From an uncultured Haliangium sp. (GTDB taxonomy: Bacteria > Pseudomonadota > Gammaproteobacteria > GCA-001735895), in the NCBI GenBank assembly GCA_964195735.1, contig CAXMQY010000056.1:1503-65502 (forward strand): DNA of 64,000 nucleotides, given 5' to 3'. The position numbers and the translations under genes are program-made. The notes below the pieces were generated by a model. It searched no databases. It was given only the letters and a program-made list of their open reading frames with translations, and was not told where the DNA came from. Shown here piece after piece: positions 8,950 to 18,572 of the stretch. Position 1 is the stretch's first letter; every line of letters starts with the position of its first letter.

Positions 8950-9957
8950 ATGAAGCGCGCAAAACCCGGTATCGAACCAGAGGAGCCACTAATAAAAGAC
9001 GATTCTGAAACCATCGGTATCCTGCTGATCGAAGGTTATCCGATTATTCCGTTCAGCTGCGTGGTCGACTCGATGCGTTCCGCCAACCGCCTGTCGGGAA
9101 AAACGCTGTATCGTTGGGAATACTTCGCGCCCGATGATGAGCCGGTATCGGCCTCTTGCGGTATCGAGGTGCCGACTCTGGCGCTCAACACCGCCAAACA
9201 ATTGACGACATTGATCATCGTTGCCCCCAACACGGCGCAAAACTTCGATCACGCCGGCACGCTCAAGTTTTTGCAATCCCTGGATCGGCAGGATGTCTGT
9301 CTCGGTTCGGCGAGTTCAGGGAGTTTTATTCTCGCGCGGGCAGGCCTGCTGGACCATTGCCGCTGCACCATACACTGGGAAAACATTCCGGTACTCAAGG
9401 AGTTGTACCCACAGCTCGATGTTGCTTTTACCCTCTATGAAATCGGCGATCGCCGCCTGACCTGCTCCGGGGGAACCGCGGCGCTCGACATGATGCTCAA
9501 ACTGATCGAGAACCAGCACGGCCGCCAGTTGGCGCAGCAGATTTCACAACAACACCAGCATGATCGTATCCGTACCGAGCTCGATTCGCAGCAAATGGCT
9601 GATCGCATCGACCTGGCGATGAGCGCACCCAGGCTGATCGATGTGATCAACCTGATGGAAAACAATATCGAGGTGCCCTTGACGCTGCCGTCGATCGCGC
9701 AAAAATGCAAGCTGTCGTTACGCCAGATCGAACGCCTGTTTCACAAGTATCGCGGGCTCACGCCGAGCCAATATTACCTGTCGCTGCGCCTGATGCACGC
9801 CAAGCAGCTGCTACTCAACACCAATCGCAGCGTGATCGATATATCCATCGCCACCGGTTTTGAAACCCAGTCTTACTTTACCGCCTGTTACCGCAAGCAC
9901 TTCGGTAGCTCACCGCGCAACCACCGCACGCAGGTGGCCACCGAGCGCAAGGCCTGA
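8950..9957 (+). CDS. second GlxA/GbdR-family AraC-type regulator, divergent from the MttB gene
   Basis: Same DJ-1-like plus AraC HTH architecture (CTIHWENIPVLKELYP...YYLSLRLMHAKQLL). Confidence 0.85.
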   Translation: MKRAKPGIEPEEPLIKDDSETIGILLIEGYPIIPFSCVVDSMRSANRLSGKTLYRWEYFAPDDEPVSASCGIEVPTLALNTAKQLTTLIIVAPNTAQNFDHAGTLKFLQSLDRQDVCLGSASSGSFILARAGLLDHCRCTIHWENIPVLKELYPQLDVAFTLYEIGDRRLTCSGGTAALDMMLKLIENQHGRQLAQQISQQHQHDRIRTELDSQQMADRIDLAMSAPRLIDVINLMENNIEVPLTLPSIAQKCKLSLRQIERLFHKYRGLTPSQYYLSLRLMHAKQLLLNTNRSVIDISIATGFETQSYFTACYRKHFGSSPRNHRTQVATERKA

Positions 9958-11199
9958 ATGAATAAGACGGTTACTGTGCTGGGCGCCGGAATTATCGGCA
10001 TTTGCTGCGCGCTGGAATTGCAGCGGCGTGGATTCGAAGTCAGGCTGATCGACCGTCGCGGCCCGGGCGAGGAAACCTCGTCGGGTAACGCCGGGATCCT
10101 GAGTTACAGTAATATCACCCCGCTTGCCGCCCCGGCGCTGTTGGCGCGATTGCATCGGCTGATACTGAACCGTGACGACGATTTCCTGTTGCACTACCCA
10201 CATTTGGTGTCGCTGCTGCCATGGTTTGCGCGATTCCTGCGGCGCTGCAAGCGCGAAACTTATCTGCGCGATGGCAATGCGATGAACCAGCTTACCAGTG
10301 CATCGGTAGCGCTACACAAGCAGTGGATCGAGCAGGCCGGGGCGCAGGACCTGTTGAACCGGGGGGGTGGGCTCAAGCTTTACCGCCGTCGCGAAACTTT
10401 CTTGCGCGACCAGCTCGAGCGAGACCTGTTGCAGCAGTGCGCGGTGCGACACCAGGTGCTGGATGCGCAGCAGGCCTATGAACTCGAGCCCGATCTGAAA
10501 AAGGTTTTCGTGCAGGCGGTGCTGATCGAAGAGTCGGTGTCGATTCGTAATCCCGAGAAACTGTGCAAACACTATGCCCGGATGTTCAGCGAAGCCGGCG
10601 GCCGGGTCGAGCAGGCCGCGGTGCAATCGCTGCGCGAGGCGCCGGACGGCTGGGAAGTGACGACCGACCAGGACGTATTGACCACGCCCCGGGTGGTAGT
10701 CTGCATGGGTGCCTGGACGCCCGAACTGATCGGTCCATTGGGTTACACCAACCCGCTTGCGATCGAGCGCGGCTACCATACGGTATTCGCGGCCGCGGGT
10801 GGTGTCAGCCTGTCGCGGCCGATCTTCGATGTCGATGCCAGTTACGTCATGGCGCCGATGGAGGCAGGATTGCGCGTGAGCACCGGAACCAACATGACCC
10901 GGCGCGAAACACGACCCGACCCGCGCCAGCTTGCGCGCGTCATCCCACGGGTGCGCGAGGCGTTCCCGGTCGAAGCGGAATTGCTGCGTGAGCCGTGGAT
11001 GGGCAGGCGTCCGACTGTACCCGATACCTTGCCGATCATCGGCCCGGCGCCGCGGCATGACGGCTTGTGGCTTGCGTTTGCGCACTCGCACATGGGCTTG
11101 ACCATGGGGCCGATCACGGGGCAGCTGATCGCTAATTCCATCAGCGGTTCCGCACAGCCGTTTTCGATGGACGCCTGCGCTCCGGCGCGTTACCTGTAA
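9958..11199 (+). CDS. FAD-dependent oxidoreductase, DAO/DadA family (candidate N-methyl amino acid or D-amino acid dehydrogenase)
   Basis: N-terminal VTVLGAGIIGICCALEL dinucleotide-binding motif and 413 aa. The start codon abuts the regulator's stop (TGAATG). Confidence 0.8.
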   Translation: MNKTVTVLGAGIIGICCALELQRRGFEVRLIDRRGPGEETSSGNAGILSYSNITPLAAPALLARLHRLILNRDDDFLLHYPHLVSLLPWFARFLRRCKRETYLRDGNAMNQLTSASVALHKQWIEQAGAQDLLNRGGGLKLYRRRETFLRDQLERDLLQQCAVRHQVLDAQQAYELEPDLKKVFVQAVLIEESVSIRNPEKLCKHYARMFSEAGGRVEQAAVQSLREAPDGWEVTTDQDVLTTPRVVVCMGAWTPELIGPLGYTNPLAIERGYHTVFAAAGGVSLSRPIFDVDASYVMAPMEAGLRVSTGTNMTRRETRPDPRQLARVIPRVREAFPVEAELLREPWMGRRPTVPDTLPIIGPAPRHDGLWLAFAHSHMGLTMGPITGQLIANSISGSAQPFSMDACAPARYL

Positions 11200-11238
11200 C
11201 GCAATCGACTGCGACCCTGGTTGGGTCCTGCAGGCGGG

Positions 11239-12153
11239 CTAGTTGAATTTGTTCAGGTTTCTGACCGCGCTGCTGCGCCCGATCAGCTTGCGGAAGTTCA
11301 TGATTTCGCTGCGTTTGTACTGCGTGGCCTCGTCCAGGGCGCCCTGGAACTCGTCCGATTTCAATATCGATACGTAACGGTCGACGACCTTGTTGAGCGG
11401 TTCGTAGGGCAGTTCGCAGGCGTGCGCATACTGCCGCGTCGCCTGCTCGGCGACTTCGCCGATCAGCGGCGTATTGTCGACCAGATCGAATGACATGTGC
11501 AGGCTATAAGGCGCGCTGGTGATACAGCGATGCGGCACACCGGCACGCAGGTAGATTGCATCGCCTGGACGCATGGTAAATTCCTGCATGACCGGCCCCA
11601 GTTGCTGATCGTCCAGGTTCTCGATGTCGGCATAGCGGCGTTGTTGCGGGGCAAACAGGTTCCAGGTTTTCTTGCCGGCGAGCTGCACCACCAGCACGTC
11701 ATCGGCATCGCAGTGGCCATCGTAGGCCTCGTTGTCCTGCTGCGAAAAAAAGGCCTCGGCGTTGGATAATGCGCAGGGCAAAGCGTCGTCGAGCCGGGCG
11801 ACGAACTCGTTGATACCCGCATCGAGCAGGTCGACACCTTCGAGCACGACCGCGGCGCCCTGGTTGATCTCGTCGTTGAGCACTTCCTTGTCGATAAATT
11901 GCAGCCGCTTGTTTTGCACGGTCTTGTAAAAGCAGGATTTTTCCAGTTCGACGCGATCGCCGTCCTTCTTGACGTAGAGCCACTCGGGCTGCAACAGCGG
12001 GTTGTTCAGGTGGCGCTGCAGATCGGCGACCGTAAAGAAGCTGGGTTTGTCGATCACTCCAGCCTTGTAGGTATAAGATTCGGGCAGGTTCTGGCGTTGT
12101 TTCAGGTAAAAGTCGAGCAGTGACTGGAGTTCTTTATGCAGCTTCTGTTTCAT
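11239..12153 (-). CDS. cupin-like/JmjC-domain protein (putative Fe(II)/2-oxoglutarate oxygenase)
   Basis: 304 aa with a JmjC/cupin_4-like core (HCDADDVLVVQLAGKKTWNLF...GDAIYLRAGVPH). Confidence 0.6.
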   Translation of the reverse strand: MKQKLHKELQSLLDFYLKQRQNLPESYTYKAGVIDKPSFFTVADLQRHLNNPLLQPEWLYVKKDGDRVELEKSCFYKTVQNKRLQFIDKEVLNDEINQGAAVVLEGVDLLDAGINEFVARLDDALPCALSNAEAFFSQQDNEAYDGHCDADDVLVVQLAGKKTWNLFAPQQRRYADIENLDDQQLGPVMQEFTMRPGDAIYLRAGVPHRCITSAPYSLHMSFDLVDNTPLIGEVAEQATRQYAHACELPYEPLNKVVDRYVSILKSDEFQGALDEATQYKRSEIMNFRKLIGRSSAVRNLNKFN

Positions 12154-12241
12154 GGTGGGGCCCTGTTTGATCGCGCGCTATTATCCACGATTCCGCGGTC
12201 CTGACCAAGTGCGCCGCCCTGGTGCAATATGCCGGCGGATT

Positions 12242-13975
12242 CTACTGGAAATGGAAACGGGCGAACTCGGCCGGCAACGGCGGCTTGCCGAGGATGAAAT
12301 CCGCCGCGCGCGCGGCGATCATCTGTGTCGGCGCGTTGAGGTTGCCGCTGATGATTCTGGGCATGACCGAGGCGTCCACTACGCGCAAGCCGTCGATACC
12401 ATGTACTTTCATCTCGGTATCCACTACCGAACCAGCGTCGTTGCCCATGCGGCAACTGCAGCTGGGATGAAAATCGGTGGAGGCGCTGGCGCGAATCCAG
12501 TTTTCGATGTCTGTCGTTGACTTGACGTCCGCCACCGGCTCGGTGCGCTCACCGCGCGAGGCGATGAATGCAGGCTGCGCAACCAGCTCCTGCATCTTGT
12601 GAAAGCCTTCGACCAGTTCGCGTAAATCATGCGCGTCGGCCAGGTAATTGAAGTGAACCGCCGGCCGGTCTGCCGGGTTGGCCGAAGTAAGTTCGATATT
12701 ACCCTTGCTGGCGGGGCGCAGTTGATCGACCTGCAGCGTAAAACCCTGCGACAACTTGATTCTACGGCCGACGTAAGTCGCCGCGATCGGGGCAAAATGG
12801 TATTGCAGGTTGGGATATTCGATCTCGTCGTTGCCGCGTATGAGACCGCCGGCCTCCCAGATGTTGGATGCGCCAAAGCCGTCGTGCGAGCTCAGCCAGC
12901 GCAGGCCGACTTTCAGTTTATTCCAGGGCCGCGTCATATGCTGGTAAGTGATCGGCCGGGTGCAGCGCCAGGTACAGTGTATTTTAAGGTGGTCCTGCAG
13001 GTTCTGACCAACCCCGGGCAGTTCCTGCTGAAGCGGCAGGCCGTGCTTTGCGAGTTCGGCGGCGGGGCCAATGCCGGACAGCATCAACAGTTGAGGCGAC
13101 TTGATCGCGCCGCAAGAGACGATGACTTCGCGCCGCGCGCGTATGACTTCGACCTTGCCGCGGTGTTGAAATCGGACCCCGGTTGCGCGCCTACCTTCCA
13201 GCAACACCTGCTCGACCAACGCGTGCGTCACCAACTCAAGGTTGGGTCGGGTCAGCGCCGGTTTTAGATGCGCTACCGCGGCGCTACAGCGCCTGCCGTC
13301 GCGAATAGTGCTGTCGAGGCGGGCGACCCCTTCGGGCTGAAACCCGTTCAGGTCCTGCGAAAGCCCCTGCCCGGCGCTTTCACCGGCCAGTAGAAACGCA
13401 TCGAACAGCGGATTCTCCAGCTTCGCGCGCGCGACCCCGAGCGGGCCTTTAGCGCCGCGCCATTCATCTTCACCGCGTTCCGAAGTCTCGCCGGCACGAA
13501 AGTAGGGCAGGCAATCCGCGTAACGCCACCCCTCGAGGCCGAGTTCATCGTTCCAGCGGTCGTAATCGCGCGGATGGCCGCGCATGTACACCATCGAGTT
13601 GATCGAGGATGAACCGCCCAGCACCTTGCCGCGTGGCAGTTCGATGTGGCGTTGCGCGAGATCGGCTTCCGACTCCGACTGGTAGTTCCAGTTGATCGAG
13701 GGGTCCTTGTAGACTGAGTGCACGCCGGCCGGGATGTGGATCAGCAGCTTGTCGTCCATCGGCCCGGCTTCGACTAAAAGCACGCTGTACTCGCCGCTCT
13801 CGCTGAGGCGATTGGCAAGTACGCAGCCGGCTGACCCGGCGCCGAGGATGATGTAGTCGTATTCGCGTTCCACGCGCGCAGCATCGCAATTGCAAATGCC
13901 GCGGTCAATCGCTTTTGCAACTGCGCTGTTGGCGGAATCCTGACAATACACTTGGTCATGGCAGGGGCTTGGCAT
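12242..13975 (-). CDS. GMC-family oxidoreductase (choline dehydrogenase-like paralogue). The true start is probably GTG at 13873, giving 543 aa.
   Basis: [19 protein letters not shown] ... GMC signatures. The longest ORF has a 34-aa N-terminal extension that no BetA homologue carries. Confidence 0.85.
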   Translation of the reverse strand: MPSPCHDQVYCQDSANSAVAKAIDRGICNCDAARVEREYDYIILGAGSAGCVLANRLSESGEYSVLLVEAGPMDDKLLIHIPAGVHSVYKDPSINWNYQSESEADLAQRHIELPRGKVLGGSSSINSMVYMRGHPRDYDRWNDELGLEGWRYADCLPYFRAGETSERGEDEWRGAKGPLGVARAKLENPLFDAFLLAGESAGQGLSQDLNGFQPEGVARLDSTIRDGRRCSAAVAHLKPALTRPNLELVTHALVEQVLLEGRRATGVRFQHRGKVEVIRARREVIVSCGAIKSPQLLMLSGIGPAAELAKHGLPLQQELPGVGQNLQDHLKIHCTWRCTRPITYQHMTRPWNKLKVGLRWLSSHDGFGASNIWEAGGLIRGNDEIEYPNLQYHFAPIAATYVGRRIKLSQGFTLQVDQLRPASKGNIELTSANPADRPAVHFNYLADAHDLRELVEGFHKMQELVAQPAFIASRGERTEPVADVKSTTDIENWIRASASTDFHPSCSCRMGNDAGSVVDTEMKVHGIDGLRVVDASVMPRIISGNLNAPTQMIAARAADFILGKPPLPAEFARFHFQ

Positions 13976-14010
13976 ATGATCGCCGCGAACGGGTAAATGA
14001 AGTGGTGGGC

Positions 14011-15159
14011 ATGAGCGAAGTATTCGATTTTGATCAGTTGCTGGATCGCGTCAACAGCGACAGCGTCAAGTGGGCAAAATACGCGGGCCGCGACATCCTG
14101 CCCATGTGGGTCGCGGATACTGATTTCGCGGTAGCCCCGCAGATCCAGCAGGCGCTGATACGCCGCGCCGGGCATCCCGTTTATGGTTACACGGAAGTTC
14201 GACAGGAATTGCTCGAGTTGCTGGTAGAGCGCATGCACAGGCTTTACCAATGGGACATCGAACCTGGCTGGATAGTGCCCCTGCCGAACGTCATCAGCGC
14301 TTTCTTCCTGGCCTGCCGCGCCACTGGCAAGGCCGGGGATGCCGTTTACCAGCCACAGGTGATTTATCCTCCGTTTGCCAAATCGGTTACTTTTCATGAC
14401 ATGGTCAAGCAACCCATACCCATGTGCAGTAGTGAAGGTCGCATGATCATCGATCTCGACTGGCTGGAAAAACAGCCGGCCCGCCCCGGCCAGCTGACCT
14501 TCTTCTGTAATCCGCAAAACCCCGGCGGCGCGGTGTATCGCCGCCACGAGCTCGAGCGCCTGGCGGACCTCGTCGAGCGCCAGGAGCTGATACTGGTTTC
14601 GGATGAAGTCCACTGCGATCTGCTTCTCGATGCGGACAAATCGCATTTGCCCATCGCTTCGTTGAACCCGCGCATCGAACAACGCAGCATTACCCTGATG
14701 GCGCCGAGCAAAACGTTCAACCTGGCCGGCCTCAGTTGCGCTTTCGCGATCATTGCTGATGCCAGCTTGCGGCGCCGCATGCGGGTAAATCCCTATATCG
14801 TCCCCCATGTGAACCTGATGGGGCTGGCGGCCGCGGAAGCGGCATACGAGTTTGGCGACGAATGGAACCGGCAGCAATGCGCCTACCTCGCCGCCAACCG
14901 CGACTACCTGGTCAGGGAAATCAACCGCATCCCCGGGTTGCGGCTCGATCCAGTCGAAGCGACTTACCTCGCCTGGATCGACGTCTCCGCGCTCGGACTT
15001 GACGATCCGCCCGGTTTCTTCGAAGCCGCCGGCGTCGGCATGTCGCCGGGATACGAATTCGGCGATTCCGGTTACATGCGGCTCAATTTCGGCTGTCCGC
15101 GTAGTCGCCTGGTGGAGGCCGTCGAGCGCATCCGCAGGGCCGTCGAGGCGATGGCCTGA
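14011..15159 (+). CDS. PatB/MalY-type C-S lyase (class I/II aminotransferase fold, cystathionine beta-lyase-like)
   Basis: MSEVFDFDQLLDRVNSDSVKW..., the PLP-lysine region SKTFNLAGL and 383 aa. The ORF-track start at 13915 would overlap the divergent GMC gene, so ATG 14011 is preferred. Confidence 0.8.
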   Translation: MSEVFDFDQLLDRVNSDSVKWAKYAGRDILPMWVADTDFAVAPQIQQALIRRAGHPVYGYTEVRQELLELLVERMHRLYQWDIEPGWIVPLPNVISAFFLACRATGKAGDAVYQPQVIYPPFAKSVTFHDMVKQPIPMCSSEGRMIIDLDWLEKQPARPGQLTFFCNPQNPGGAVYRRHELERLADLVERQELILVSDEVHCDLLLDADKSHLPIASLNPRIEQRSITLMAPSKTFNLAGLSCAFAIIADASLRRRMRVNPYIVPHVNLMGLAAAEAAYEFGDEWNRQQCAYLAANRDYLVREINRIPGLRLDPVEATYLAWIDVSALGLDDPPGFFEAAGVGMSPGYEFGDSGYMRLNFGCPRSRLVEAVERIRRAVEAMA

Positions 15160-15331
15160 ACGGATTTTATGCCGGTTCCGGGCATACCGGAGCATGTCGT
15201 TATTGTCTTCCGAATGGTCGTTCTAGTTCGGCGTCCCTGCTATCGATTCCGATATTCTTTTGCGACTCTATGGCGCGCGCCCTGTTAGTGGGTGCGCGAT
15301 TTATGATAACCAGAATAAAGTAGGTTGATCG

Positions 15332-16675
15332 ATGGCAATTCCCTCACACGTGAAGTACCTGATTATCGGCGCCGGCATTCATGGACTCTCCACCGCATAC
15401 CACCTCGCGCAACAATTGAAGGCGAAAGGCCGCGGCGACGGGCGTGACATCCTGGTGGTCGACAAGGGCGGCATTGCCGCGGGCGCCTCCGGCATTGCCT
15501 GTGGCGTGGTGCGCAACAATTATTTCCAGCCGGCGATGCGCGAACTGATGGCGCACAGTGTCGGCGTCTGGGAAACCGACCCCGAGGGCTATAGCTACCA
15601 CCCGGTCGGCTACATGCAGATCAGCCCGGAAAGCATGCACGAAGATGTCGCCAGCATCGCGCGCCAGCAAAAGGAAATCGGCTACGAGTCGGTTTTCATC
15701 GAGGGCGAAAAGGACTCCTCGGACTACATGAAAACCCTGTTCCACGACTGGCAGGCGAAGGGTATTACCTCGGTGTTGCACGAAAAGCGCGGCGGTTATG
15801 CCAACAACACCAAGGCAATGTACGCGCTCGCCTCCAAGGCCGAGAGCGAGGGTGTGCGCATACTCACCGGTTGCACCGTCACCGGCTTCAAGAGCGACTC
15901 CGCCGGCGGAGCGATCAAGGCGGTTGAAACCGATAAGGGCGACATCGGTTGCGACCAGGTCGTGATTGGCGCGGGCCCCTGGGCCAAGACCATCTGGGAT
16001 ATGCTTGAGCTACCCAGAACTATTTCCATCAAGGGTACCGATGGTGTCACGCATGACGATGTGCGCATGTGGATTTACTGGTCGCTGCAGGAAGGCACGC
16101 TCGGCGTCGATCCGGAACTGCAGAAGACCAACGACGGTAAATTTCCGCCGGTAATCCATGTCGACAGTAACGAACCGCTCTACTCGGATTACGATGGCAG
16201 CCTGATCACCGACCAGATGTGGGGAATTTACTACAAGCCCGATTTCCACTTCGGCGGGATCCAGGGCGGCGCCGCACCTTACACGGTCGATCGAGACCCG
16301 GACGACGTTGCCGTCGATCCCTACGGTGTGGATTCGCCGGACTTCGTCGTCGGCGAAGACTTCGCGCACATGTGGACCTCGGCGCTGGCGCATTGCCAGA
16401 AACGTTTCGAGGGGCAGTTCGAGTTTTACAAGAACGAGCCGTCGGGCGGCATCGGCTCCTTTACGCCGGACAGCTTTCCGGTGTTTGACGTATTTCGCGA
16501 GAATTGCTACCTGATCGCCGATTCCAACCACGGTTACAAGATGCTCGGCGTCGGCAAGCTGGTCGCCGAGGAACTCTGCGGCGACAAGAGTGCCTTGCTC
16601 GAACCCTTCCGTTTCTCACGCTACGCCGAAGGCAAGCTGCACCCGGTTTCCAAGAGCCCCTTCCCCTGGAGCTGA
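15332..16675 (+). CDS. FAD-dependent oxidoreductase, sarcosine oxidase beta-subunit-like (DAO family)
   Basis: N-terminal YLIIGAGIHGLSTAYHLA is a SoxB-like motif, and the protein is 447 aa. Confidence 0.75.
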   Translation: MAIPSHVKYLIIGAGIHGLSTAYHLAQQLKAKGRGDGRDILVVDKGGIAAGASGIACGVVRNNYFQPAMRELMAHSVGVWETDPEGYSYHPVGYMQISPESMHEDVASIARQQKEIGYESVFIEGEKDSSDYMKTLFHDWQAKGITSVLHEKRGGYANNTKAMYALASKAESEGVRILTGCTVTGFKSDSAGGAIKAVETDKGDIGCDQVVIGAGPWAKTIWDMLELPRTISIKGTDGVTHDDVRMWIYWSLQEGTLGVDPELQKTNDGKFPPVIHVDSNEPLYSDYDGSLITDQMWGIYYKPDFHFGGIQGGAAPYTVDRDPDDVAVDPYGVDSPDFVVGEDFAHMWTSALAHCQKRFEGQFEFYKNEPSGGIGSFTPDSFPVFDVFRENCYLIADSNHGYKMLGVGKLVAEELCGDKSALLEPFRFSRYAEGKLHPVSKSPFPWS

Positions 16676-16697
16676 CGTTCAAAATAGCGGATTGGGG

Positions 16698-17714
16698 TCA
16701 AGCAAATCGATGTCGTGTGCGATTCGCAAAAGCCACCAGCGACAGCATCACCGGCACTTCGACGAGCACACCGACCACGGTCGCGAGGGCCGCGCCTGAA
16801 TCGAGACCGAACAGTCCGATCGCCACGGCCACGGCCAGCTCGAAGAAGTTGGATGTACCGATCAGCGCCGCCGGTGCGGCGGTATCGAAGGGTACGCGCC
16901 ACAGGTAGGCCCAGCCGTAGGCGATGAAAAAAATTCCATAGCTCTGGATCATCAACGGAATCGCAATCAACACGATCACCAGTGGCTCGTCGATGATGGT
17001 TTGCGCCTGGAACCCGAACAGCAACACCACGGTCGCCAGCAGGCCTATGACCGAGAAGGGTTTGATGCGCGCGGTGAACTCGGCAATGTGTTCGTGTTGA
17101 CCTCGACTATCCAGCAGCTTGCGCGTGGCGTAACCGGCGGCGAGTGGAATCACTACGTAGAGCACCACGGACAGCAGCAGCGTTTCCCAGGGCACGACGA
17201 TGTCGGTGACACCCAGCAACAACGCCGCGAGCGGTGCGAACGCGAACACCATGATGATGTCATTGATCGAAACCTGCACCAGCGTATAGTTGGCATCCCC
17301 ACGCACCATCTGGCTCCATACGAACACCATCGCGGTGCAGGGTGCCACGCCGAGCAGTATCATGCCGGCGATGTATTCACGCGCAGTTTGCGGCTCCACC
17401 AGCCCGGCGAAAATATGCTCGAAAAAGAGAATGCCGAGTGCCGCCATGGTGAACGGCTTGATCAGCCAGTTGACTACCAGCGTGATGCACAGCCCGCGTG
17501 GTTTCCTGCCAACATCCTTGAGTGACGCAAAATCGACGTTGACCATCATCGGGTAAATCATGATCCAGATGAACACCGCCACCACCAGATTGACCTGGGC
17601 GTATTCGAGGCGCGCGATCCACTCGAAACTGACGGGAATCCACACGCCGAGCAAGACCCCTGCGACAATGCACAAACTCACCCAGACGGATAGATAGCGC
17701 TCAAACAATCCCAT
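16698..17714 (-). CDS. acr3: ACR3-family arsenite efflux transporter
   Basis: Ten-TM ACR3 profile ([16 protein letters not shown]...NFELAIAV-like motifs) and 338 aa. Confidence 0.9.
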   Translation of the reverse strand: MGLFERYLSVWVSLCIVAGVLLGVWIPVSFEWIARLEYAQVNLVVAVFIWIMIYPMMVNVDFASLKDVGRKPRGLCITLVVNWLIKPFTMAALGILFFEHIFAGLVEPQTAREYIAGMILLGVAPCTAMVFVWSQMVRGDANYTLVQVSINDIIMVFAFAPLAALLLGVTDIVVPWETLLLSVVLYVVIPLAAGYATRKLLDSRGQHEHIAEFTARIKPFSVIGLLATVVLLFGFQAQTIIDEPLVIVLIAIPLMIQSYGIFFIAYGWAYLWRVPFDTAAPAALIGTSNFFELAVAVAIGLFGLDSGAALATVVGVLVEVPVMLSLVAFANRTRHRFA

Positions 17715-17752
17715 CTGTTAACTCCTTGTTGCGTTAACGATCAGCAGCTGCA

Positions 17753-18211
17753 CTAGCAGCAACTGGAGCCGGGCCTGGCTGCGGCCATGGCGGGTGTGCA
17801 ACAGGCCGAATCCATCTTGCCATGCTTGATCAGATCGCTACCGTATACCGGGCTTTCGCCGCGTGTCAGGAAGGTTTCCCAGGCGATGCTGTCGGGGTCG
17901 AAGATCCAGCTCTTCTCAGACTCGGCGTAACAGCAGGTGGTGGCGCCTTCCTCGATTGTCTCCGCATCGGCGGTCTTCAGGCGTGCGTAGATTTCGTCGA
18001 GTTCACTGTCATTCTCGACCTGGATGCCGAGATGGTCGATACCCTTGCGCTCGCCGCGCGTGGTGATCGCGAAGTTGACGCGGGGGTCGTCCAGCATCCA
18101 CTTGGCGTAGTCTTCCTTGACGACCGTGGGCTCGTCGTCGAACAGTGCGTTATAGAACGCGATCGACGCATTCAGATCGCTGACCGAGACGTTAACGTGC
18201 ATTCGTTTCAT
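17753..18211 (-). CDS. ArsI/CadI-family VOC (glyoxalase/bleomycin-resistance fold) protein. Putative C-As lyase or metal(loid)-binding protein.
   Basis: Vicinal-Cys motif TTCCYAESEKSWIF (compare CadI TACCYAVQDKVWV) plus a Cys-rich C-terminus (ACC...SSCC). Confidence 0.7.
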   Translation of the reverse strand: MKRMHVNVSVSDLNASIAFYNALFDDEPTVVKEDYAKWMLDDPRVNFAITTRGERKGIDHLGIQVENDSELDEIYARLKTADAETIEEGATTCCYAESEKSWIFDPDSIAWETFLTRGESPVYGSDLIKHGKMDSACCTPAMAAARPGSSCC

Positions 18212-18572
18212 TGCTTTCTCCGATTGAGTTTGGTGTGACGGCGCATCCTGGCAGCAGGCTATCGAGCACAGGTGTGCAGAGTTCGGGCTGTCCCTGGCAG
18301 CAGTCTTCCATCAGGAAGGACAACAACTCGCGGGTGCCATCGAAATCGAGGTGGTAGATGATCGAGCGGCTTTCACGGTGTGAATTGACCAGCCCGGCAT
18401 TGCTCAGGATGGCGAGGTGCGACGACAGGGTGTTGTGCGGAATCGCCAGCTGGCGCGCGATTTCTCCGGCCGCGAGGCCGTCGGGACCGCTGTTCACCAG
18501 CAGGCGAAATGCTTTCAGGCGTGACTCCTGCGCGAGCGCGGAGAGCGCCTTGATGGTGATTGATAAATCCAT
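18192..18572 (-). CDS. arsR: ArsR-family metalloregulator, subtype with C-terminal arsenite-binding Cys triad
   Basis: wHTH region LAQESRLKAFRLL...GEIARQLAIPHNTLSSHL. The C-terminal EDCCQGQPELC is a Cys95/96/102-like motif of the A. ferrooxidans ArsR type. ATG at 18572 is preferred over the longer ORF start at 18617. Confidence 0.8.
   Translation of the reverse strand: MDLSITIKALSALAQESRLKAFRLLVNSGPDGLAAGEIARQLAIPHNTLSSHLAILSNAGLVNSHRESRSIIYHLDFDGTRELLSFLMEDCCQGQPELCTPVLDSLLPGCAVTPNSIGESNETNAR

Noticed and set aside
13774-15195. 473-aa minus-strand ORF antisense to the PatB-like gene
   Set aside because: Antisense shadow. The plus-strand product has clear aminotransferase homology.
15160-15200. 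TATGCCGGTTCCGGGCATA stem-loop after the PatB-like gene as a terminator
   Set aside because: Imperfect stem and no T-run, so there is insufficient support.
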